Source of the DNA: Selaginella moellendorffii
Lineage: Eukaryota > Plantae > Lycopodiophyta
Direction of reading: 5' to 3'
NCBI RefSeq assembly: GCF_000143415.4
Contig: NW_003314322.1
Coordinates: 927,781-933,669 of the forward strand
Length of the DNA: 5,889 bases
Of the stretch, positions 1-5,889 are shown piece by piece. Below the pieces are notes generated by a model, which saw only the letters and a list, made by a program, of their open reading frames with translations, did no database searches and had not been told where the DNA came from. Position numbers and translations under genes: made by a program. Position 1 is the first letter of the stretch. The number at the start of each line of letters is the position of its first letter.

Positions 1-17
1 CTCTCAGATGGATGGAG

Positions 18-57
18 GGATGGATGGCTATTCATCCCCGGTGTTAGCCATCCATCC
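18..57. repeat. Perfect 13-bp inverted repeat (hairpin) built partly from GGAT/ATCC microsatellite units
   Basis: GGATGGATGGCTA (18-30) and TAGCCATCCATCC (45-57) are exact reverse complements around a 14-nt loop. Confidence 0.8.
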
Positions 58-106
58 ATCAAAAACTAAAGTGAATACAAATAGACAAGTGAGGTAGCTT
101 AGTGAA

Positions 107-400
107 TGTTAGCCACAAATTTTTCCTTTCCAATTTGCTAACTTACCTCGTCTATCCAACCACCATGGCCTTGGCCTTAGTTAAGTTCCCTCACCAAGGT
201 TCCCGCCTATTATACCAGCTCCTACTTGGTCCTATTTGGTTTCAACTACTCATTGTATGAGGAATAGAGTGTTGGCCATCCATTCATGGATTCCCAAATC
301 TCTCCCAATCCTTCTTCCCAGGTTAAACTAGACTTAAAGTTCAACTACACTCCCTGCAAGCACAAGCAACCAAGCACACCAAACCACTAGGTTTCTAACA
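107..400. mobile_element. Possible remnant LTR of another, older retroelement
   Basis: TGTTAG (107-112, another at 42-47) ... CTAACA (395-400) are typical plant LTR inverted ends, and GCCTATTATACC (~206-217) is TATA-like. There is no TSD, no PBS and no second copy in the window. Confidence 0.22.
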
Positions 401-597
401 TCCCTTAGTACAACAAGATTTGATCATGGGACCCTCTAAATCCCAAGCCTTGGGTGCAACACTTGCTTCAGGACACCAAGGGGAAACACCATGGCCTAAC
501 AGCCTAGTATGGGTATCCCTACTCCCCCACTCCCATCCCGAAGGGAAAGCCCAAGCCCTTAGGAAGGGCGAAGACCAATGAGCCATAAGGTACTCAA

Positions 598-602
598 GTG
601 GG
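598..602 (+). repeat. Degenerate 5-bp target-site duplication, left copy GTGGG (right copy ACGGG at 1275-1279)
   Basis: 3/5 identical and both differences are transitions. An ancestral GCGGG gives each copy by a single C->T or G->A change, consistent with the decay seen between the LTRs. Confidence 0.45.
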
Positions 603-764
603 TGTAGTGCATGTGATCATGGAATGAGATTTAAATATACTATCACCGTGGATCCTTGAAACTTTGGGGGATAAATGGGGATAAAATAGCCACTAAGGGC
701 TCTTTCATCAAGCAATTGCCCTTTTTCTAGTTGGTTTAAAAGGATAGAAATAAGGTGCATTACA
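603..764 (+). repeat. 5' LTR of the TRIM (162 bp)
   Basis: TGTAGTGCA...TGCATTACA imperfect terminal inverted repeat (8/9). Hand alignment to 1114-1274 gives 24 substitutions and one 1-bp gap in 162 columns (~85% identity). Confidence 0.92.
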
Positions 765-766
765 TG

Positions 767-778
767 TGGTATCGGAGC
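767..778 (+). promoter_or_regulatory. Primer binding site complementary to the 3' end of plant initiator tRNA-Met
   Basis: TGGTATCGGAGC versus canonical plant TGGTATCAGAGC (11/12). The A->G difference would still form a G:U pair with the tRNA. Located 2 nt downstream of the 5' LTR. Confidence 0.88.
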
Positions 779-785
779 AAATGGC

Positions 786-802
786 ATAGGTTCAATTCCC
801 AT
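786..802 (+). promoter_or_regulatory. tRNA T-arm-like hairpin containing a Pol III B-box-like motif
   Basis: ATAGG-TTCAATT-CCCAT forms a 5-bp stem (4/5 paired; perfect if A788 was G) with a 7-nt TTCRANT loop. GGTTCAATTCC (789-799) fits the B-box consensus GGTTCRANNCC. Confidence 0.45.
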
Positions 803-1100
803 TGATTAGTGGCTACTTAAAAATATAATATATCTTTGAGCAAGATATATTCCTACCCTTAAAATTTGAAATCGTACGTATTAGGCATCCATGCATATGT
901 TCTTCCTTTTGTATGGAGTATCCATGGACAAAGGTATCCACCGTAGGACTGTGGTACGGGTGGATGACTAATTGCCTCACATGGAATAATTAGTTTACAC
1001 AATGGAAGGATTAATAAATTCAATACAAAAATGGAGGTGTTAGTTCCCATGGCTCAATAGAGGTTATTAGTCAATAGTCAATGAGGACATTAACATCTTT

Positions 1101-1113
1101 AAAGGGGGGTAAA
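1101..1113 (+). promoter_or_regulatory. Polypurine tract (plus-strand primer) of the TRIM
   Basis: AAAGGGGGGTAAA (12/13 purines) directly abuts the TG start of the 3' LTR at 1114. Confidence 0.85.
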
Positions 1114-1274
1114 TGTAACACATGTGATCATGGGATGAGATTTTGATATACTATCACCATAGATCATTGGAACCTTGAGGGATAAATGGAGATAAAATAG
1201 CCACTAAAGGCTTTCTCATCAAACAATTGCCCCTTTTCAGTTAGTTTAAGGGGAGAGAGATAAAGTGCATTACA
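1114..1274 (+). repeat. 3' LTR of the TRIM (161 bp)
   Basis: TGTAACACATGTGATCATGG...GTGCATTACA, colinear with 603-764 over its whole length. Similarity stops exactly at the TG and CA ends. Confidence 0.92.
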
Positions 1275-1739
1275 ACGGGGCACCACTCTACATGAGTCGG
1301 GAGCACCACAATTAGTTTCCCTTCCAGAAGTGGGAGTTGCTCTTGAGCACTTCCTTGCTCTAGCATCACCCGAGTCATTATTCTCAATTAACATGTAGAG
1401 CTACCAAGACCAACTCAAGATTAATAAAAGTTCACTATTCTTATAAAATTTAACCAAATACAAATTGCAACTTACCACCAAATATAATACTATAGAAGAA
1501 AGACACAAAGGTCATATTTCTAGAAAAGCCTAACAACCACTTTTCTATTCCAACTCTAAACTTTATCCAACTTAATTGCTTTAGCCCCAAAAGTCAATAT
1601 TGTTTATTGTAAGACATAAATCCCTAAGTCCCAAAGTGGAGCCTAAAGTGTCTAATGTGGTGGTGGCTAAAGTGAAAGTTCTAGATTAGATGGAAAACCA
1701 CATAAGAAAAACTCTAAACCAGAATTGGACACTCAAATC

Positions 1740-1799
1740 AAGAAAAGTGACAAAGAAAGAGAAACAAGGAAAAAAAAGAAAAACAAAGGGAAAATAAAG
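1740..1799 (+). repeat. A/G-rich low-complexity tract
   Basis: AAGAAAAGTGACAAAGAAAGAGAAACAAGGAAAAAAAAGAAAAACAAAGGGAAAATAAAG is about 90% purine. Confidence 0.7.
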
Positions 1800-1859
1800 T
1801 ACAAACTTAGACTCTGGCCTCATAAGTCCCCACACCTTCAAGAAGTTTCTCAAACACAC

Positions 1860-3383
1860 CTATCTCACCCTCAAAGTTCCAAGGAAGAAAGTGAAGTGGA
1901 GTGAATGCATTGCGCAATAAGGGTATGTGTGGAAAGAGACAAAAATTGTGCTGCAAGAGGTGATGGGATGGATGGAATGGAGGCCACATTGTTGTAGATG
2001 ATAGAGAATAGGACCATATGTAATATAATGTAGGAAGACTAGAAGTAACAACTAATATTTTGTCAGAATTTGATGTAAAGCATGCTAGAACCCAGGATGA
2101 AGTGGCTTCTATTGCAAACGCAGCCGGAAGTATGTGGAGTGAGGAGAGTTGTCTACTCCACTGATGAGTATCTGGATGCCTGTTTTATGCAGGCCAAACC
2201 AACTGAAAAAAAGAGCTGGAATATCCTTGAATTTGCCACAAGTCTCATATGGTGATAGTTCAAGTTGCATCTTTTGTCTCTAATGTCCAAAATATTTGAT
2301 TTTTGCTTTGCTGTATTGGTGGAAGTTTTCTTGATAGAGTGATGTTGAAAGATCCAAGTATTATATGTGCATGGTATGGAAATGATTAAAATCCAAGATT
2401 AAGTATTTGTGATGATGGAATGCAATGATTATGAAAGTGAATAGAGTGATGGTTTGTAAATATAAATGGATGGAAATGAAACCATTGCAAAATGACCACA
2501 GAATATGGCATTCTCCAAGTATGTATTTCTGAAAGTGATAGAGATAAGAACCTATGAACAAAGGGGAAAAGCTAGAAGATGAAAGAGCTCTTGGACAAGT
2601 GGAGTTAAGGCCACCCCGAGGTTGGAGGCCAAGATTGAGCTTGCATCTACAAGAGAAGGTGCCTAAAAGGACATGAGAAACAAGTGAAAACAAAGAGGAA
2701 AGATAAAGAAAAGCTAAAAACCTAAAGCATCACTAGTGATGAAGGTGGTGAGTCGAGTTTTTCTTAAGTGTTGTTGTGAAGGAGCTCGCCTCTGCAAGAT
2801 GAAGGGAATCCTGGAGAAGGCCCTTGATTCCATGAAAAGTTAAGCTGAAGTTAGGCATGATGATCCAAAGCTTGTGGTGTCGAGAGAATATCAACATAAG
2901 AGATGTTGATATGAGACTTGGAGCATGATGTCTGACTATGCTGACTGCTCCTAGATGGGGAATTTTGATGCTGTTGAAGATAAGAAAGTTTCCTTGAGTG
3001 TTTGTAGAAGTCTGCTAGGCAAACAAAGTGTCAATTCTTGAGAAAGCTACCATGAAATTGAATGTGTTGTGTGGCTGTGGTCGGATTGGATCTTCGTGAT
3101 GAAAATGGTGTCTATGAAGACTCTATGCTTGATGACATCATATTGAGAATTGGAGCCGAAACGTGATGAAACCCAAAGCCATGTGACTGTGCAATATTGT
3201 GTCGAAGCGGCTGAGTAGTGACTCAAGGGTGATATGGAGCTGCTGTAGACTGAAGAAAACTTCCCTGAGTGTTAAGGAAGCCATGCAAAAACTACTGAGC
3301 ATGGCCAAAGTCGAAAATAGAGATTGGAGCAGTGTTTCTGCCACCTTTGAGAGATGTACCACTTTGTGTTCCATAGCTAGCAT
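1860..3383. pseudogene. Probable decayed coding relic (likely transposon-derived); product and coding strand not identifiable
   Basis: Three minus-strand ORFs in the track (3138-3383, 2361-2693, 1860-2051) share one reading frame. Over ~508 codons that frame has about ten internal stops, almost all TAG/TGA. No gag, protease, RT, RNase H, integrase or transposase motif was recognised. Confidence 0.3.
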
Positions 3384-4905
3384 ATGCCATGTGCAAGTGA
3401 TGCTATGAGGGGCTTAGATCCTTGAGTGAGGCTCTTTGATGGTGAGGAAAAAGACTTGGAGCTGAGATAGTGGACTAAGTAATTGCAAGAGTGTTGCCCA
3501 TCAAGCTTGTAGAGATCCATGATCAAGTACATAGATCTATGAGTGTGTCTTGGAAAGGCAAAGTTAATAGACAAAAGCAAACAGCAATATGAGGTCCAAA
3601 TAAAGGACACTAAGAAGTCAAGATCTCCTTAACAAGGGAAAATGCCATATTCTGGAACTTGTGGGATCCAAGTTGTTCAAGTATTTTAGCTGGAAGAGAT
3701 TGTGCCATGAGTGTGGAGGTTGATGTCTCTGAGTTTCCTAAAGTCTACTTATCTCTAAAAGTCAAGACCATGACTACTGGAACATTAGAAGTGTTGTCAC
3801 TCACATCTGCCACATCATCACTTGCTGCTTTCATATTGTCACTAGCTCCAAGCTTGGCTTAGAAACTCATCTACTACTGTTAAGAAGGCCATAAACTCTA
3901 AAGAAGTTCAATCCTCAAATAAAGAGGCCAAGCAGTTGGTTGCTGCCAATGGTACCCAAGAGAGAAAGCATGAGTTGTGGAATGGAGCAAAGAGAAAAGC
4001 TGCATAGGATTGGCATGTGGCTAGATAAGAGCCTCATGAATGCCTCTCAAACCATTGGAAGTGCCTATGGCAAAAGTTGTGACTCAAAAAAAAGAGCAAA
4101 GCAAAGCACATACAATGCAATAAACAACAATGAAAATGGATTTTAGACACTCGAGAAATTGGTGCTCAAATATTGTTATGCCATGGGAAAGAAAGAAACT
4201 AAAGCATAATTGGCAAGAAACAATTAAAATGCACAAATCTGGATGATGGGCAGCTCTATTTGTGTCTCACATGAATGAAAACCGAAAGAAAAATGGTGAG
4301 AACTCCTTCATCCTTCCAAAAAATCACAAATGCTTATAGTTGTTGGAAAGAGGAGCCTAAGATCTACACACCCAAAGAAAAAGCACCTCAAATGAATCAA
4401 AGAAAAAGGAGAAAATTTGATTGGCATCTCATGCTATACACCATAGCTCCAAGCAAATAAAATCTCACTCCTACACTCAAAAAGTCTTTCCATGGGGTAT
4501 TCTTACTTCTCTTAGCCTATCCCTCTCCAAGATTGCCACTCCAAACCTTATGGATCTTCTCCCTCAATCAAGAAGGGTGAGTGGATAAAACCTTAATGTA
4601 ATAGACCAAAATGTTAATGGTACTTTTGAGTGATATTTAACATATAGAGCACTTGGACTAAGTGCAAAGTTGATGTAGTCTTGGGAGTAAGCAAGTAGTT
4701 ACATGATGAGGAATTTCAAGGCTAGGTGTTATTTAGCACCAAAGTTATAACAAGAACTTAGACAAAAGAAACTTGGCATATCTCTATCTTATTGAATCAT
4801 GTGTATAGCTTTAGATTTTCTTCTTTTCCATATTCCAAGAGGAAACAATCGGGAAAGCAAACACTATTAAAGCATACGTTTGGGAGCATAAACAGCAAGG
4901 GACTC

Positions 4906-5889
4906 CTACAGCCTCAGCCATTCCTCGGCCATCTGTCTCTTATAGTTAACTGACTGAGGCACAAACTCTGCACGTCGAAACCCAAGAAGATAGCCAGCAT
5001 AGCGCCCAGATCTCTCCAAACTCGAGACAACAATGCTCTTATTGTCAATCCCTCCATGAAGGATACCCCGATCATGCATCGCTTGCAGTGCCTCTCTTGC
5101 GCCAGAGCCAAGAGCTTGATACTGCTCGCTCGTCAAAGGTATGTCCAAGTTTCCCGTCCTAACATCCGACATCATCGTGTAGAGAAACATCCCCCCGCCA
5201 AAGAAACCATACGAGTAGAGGTGTGGTATGCAGCGTCCCTGGTACTTGTGCAGCCTCTGGTAGACTTTAATCTCTGTGACCGTGCTCTTGAGGCATGTTT
5301 CGAAATCACTTCGCCAGCAGGTTAGATCCATGATCTTCAAAGCCACAGTTTTGCCCCGGTACTTTGCTCGAACCACACTCGCGCTCTGTGACACAAGCCT
5401 GGTCACTTCCTCTAGCTCGCGCTCGTCGATGCCACGTAGCATGGATTCAACCTTGTCAAGCCTGCCAAGTCCCATCTCTTGGCACGCTGCCATAAACCTG
5501 TGATTGAGCAAGCGAATGCCGTCGAACGAAAACTTCCTTGTGGGCGACACGCCAGAAGGTGGGGATGGCGAACGCCTGCCTAAATCCATAGCGTAGCCCA
5601 GAGATAACAGTGTTGTGGGATCATCCTTGGAAGCAACGTGAACTTTCAACCCGTCATCTATCCGGAAACAAAACGCTAAATGCTCCGCAAAGGCCACCAT
5701 CCCGATGGAGACCTGGTTTAGTACCATGTACACCCAGAGCCTTGCATACACAAGCTTGCTACTAGAAGACTCCATCCCATCCAATGTGATGACTCCTAGA
5801 AACATCATCTCATCCCCTGCAAAACCGAGACCGAAGTATAGCAAAGGATTTATTGCAAAGAGAGACTTCAAGACAAGGACTACTTTCGC
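4906..5889 (-). CDS. 5'-partial CDS: protein-kinase-like (predicted pseudokinase) domain preceded by a putative degenerate REase-like domain; resembles Crinkler/RHS-type REase+kinase proteins
   Basis: The 321-aa ORF (4906-5871) stays open to the window end (AKVVLV precedes the TTG at 5871), so the true start lies outside the window. Kinase-fold motifs appear in the correct order: beta3 VALK (5335-5346), alphaC Glu in TEIKVY, YQGRCIPHLYSYG, alphaE ALQAMHDRGILHG, catalytic-loop position HGGIDNKSI (HGG at 5050-5058) and DFG position LLGFRRA (GFR at 4975-4983). GC and CpG content are much higher than in the rest of the window. Confidence 0.85.
   Translation of the reverse strand, partial: AKVVLVLKSLFAINPLLYFGLGFAGDEMMFLGVITLDGMESSSSKLVYARLWVYMVLNQVSIGMVAFAEHLAFCFRIDDGLKVHVASKDDPTTLLSLGYAMDLGRRSPSPPSGVSPTRKFSFDGIRLLNHRFMAACQEMGLGRLDKVESMLRGIDERELEEVTRLVSQSASVVRAKYRGKTVALKIMDLTCWRSDFETCLKSTVTEIKVYQRLHKYQGRCIPHLYSYGFFGGGMFLYTMMSDVRTGNLDIPLTSEQYQALGSGAREALQAMHDRGILHGGIDNKSIVVSSLERSGRYAGYLLGFRRAEFVPQSVNYKRQMAEEWLRL

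Larger units (their letters stand above)
603..1274 (+). mobile_element. Non-autonomous LTR retrotransposon in miniature (TRIM), complete, 672 bp, non-coding
   Basis: Two direct repeats (603-764 and 1114-1274), each starting TGTA and ending TGCATTACA. PBS TGGTATCGGAGC lies 2 nt after the left LTR and polypurine tract AAAGGGGGGTAAA lies directly before the right LTR. The 349-bp internal region has no credible ORF. Flanking 5-mers are GTGGG and ACGGG. Confidence 0.92.

Noticed and set aside
421-431. TGATCATGGGA identical to 1125-1135 of the 3' LTR (a third LTR copy?)
   Set aside because: Similarity does not extend meaningfully in either direction, so it is compatible with chance.
454-602. Group II intron 5' end (GTGCAAC as decayed GTGCGAC) or twister ribozyme (CCCAAGCC motifs)
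   Set aside because: No domain V/VI was found anywhere downstream, and twister P1/P2 and pseudoknot partners could not be assembled.
697-720. Minus-strand TTGATGA in the LTRs as a decayed hammerhead core (retrozyme)
   Set aside because: Both LTRs have T rather than C at the first position, it is on the antisense strand, and no correctly placed GAAA/stem III was found.
603-764. Cassandra-type 5S rRNA segment in the LTR
   Set aside because: No similarity to the 5S A-box/IE/C-box sequence is visible.
1325-1335. CAGAAGTGGGA resembling part of a tRNA-Leu PBS
   Set aside because: Lacks the obligatory 5' TGG and is not adjacent to an LTR end.
395-1394. Short minus-strand ORFs 395-586, 617-802, 859-1050 and 1164-1394
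   Set aside because: They lie antisense across LTR, internal and flank boundaries and have no domain motifs. The shared peptide simply reflects the LTR duplication.
2135-2204. Hammerhead ribozyme candidate: CTGATGAG at 2161 preceded by a TGGAGTG/TACTCCA stem and followed by hairpins
   Set aside because: No GAAA core after stem II (CCAAAC instead), and the cleavage triplet before stem I would be AUG rather than NUH.
3199-4460. Short ORFs 3199-3408, 3377-3610, 3659-3862, 3940-4146 and 4275-4460 as genes
   Set aside because: Under 80 aa, mostly non-ATG starts, no recognisable motifs, and within CpG-decayed repeat DNA.
4597-4703. TGTAAT...GTTACA as a small solo LTR
   Set aside because: No TSD (CTTAA vs TGATG), PBS, PPT or second copy.
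4914-5503. ORFs 4914-5111 (-), 5056-5325 (+) and 5276-5503 (+)
   Set aside because: Alternative-frame or antisense shadows of the kinase-like CDS.
1-5889. CRISPR array, rRNA, complete tRNA or prokaryotic operon
   Set aside because: No regularly spaced repeats, rRNA signature or full cloverleaf was seen. Low coding density and the LTR element indicate eukaryotic DNA.

Overview
Eukaryotic, plant-like genomic DNA (plant initiator-Met primer binding site, strong CpG decay) in two compartments. Bases 1-~4850 are CpG-depleted, decayed repeat DNA. They contain one well-defined 672-bp non-coding LTR retroelement in miniature (TRIM, 603-1274) with two ~162-bp LTRs at ~85% identity, TG...CA ends, a tRNA-iMet PBS, a PPT and a degenerate 5-bp TSD. 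Its internal region is highly structured, with a tRNA T-arm/B-box mimic, an LTR-leader duplex and several hairpins. A probable decayed coding relic lies at ~1860-3383. Bases 4906-5889 are CpG-rich and carry an uninterrupted minus-strand ORF, open past the window edge. It encodes a protein-kinase-like domain that has lost its catalytic residues (HGD->HGG, N->S, DFG->GFR, no Gly-loop). Upstream of that domain is a segment resembling a degenerate restriction-endonuclease-like domain, matching the REase+kinase architecture of Crinkler/RHS-type proteins, here apparently a double pseudo-enzyme. All alignments and counts were done by hand and no database searches were run.
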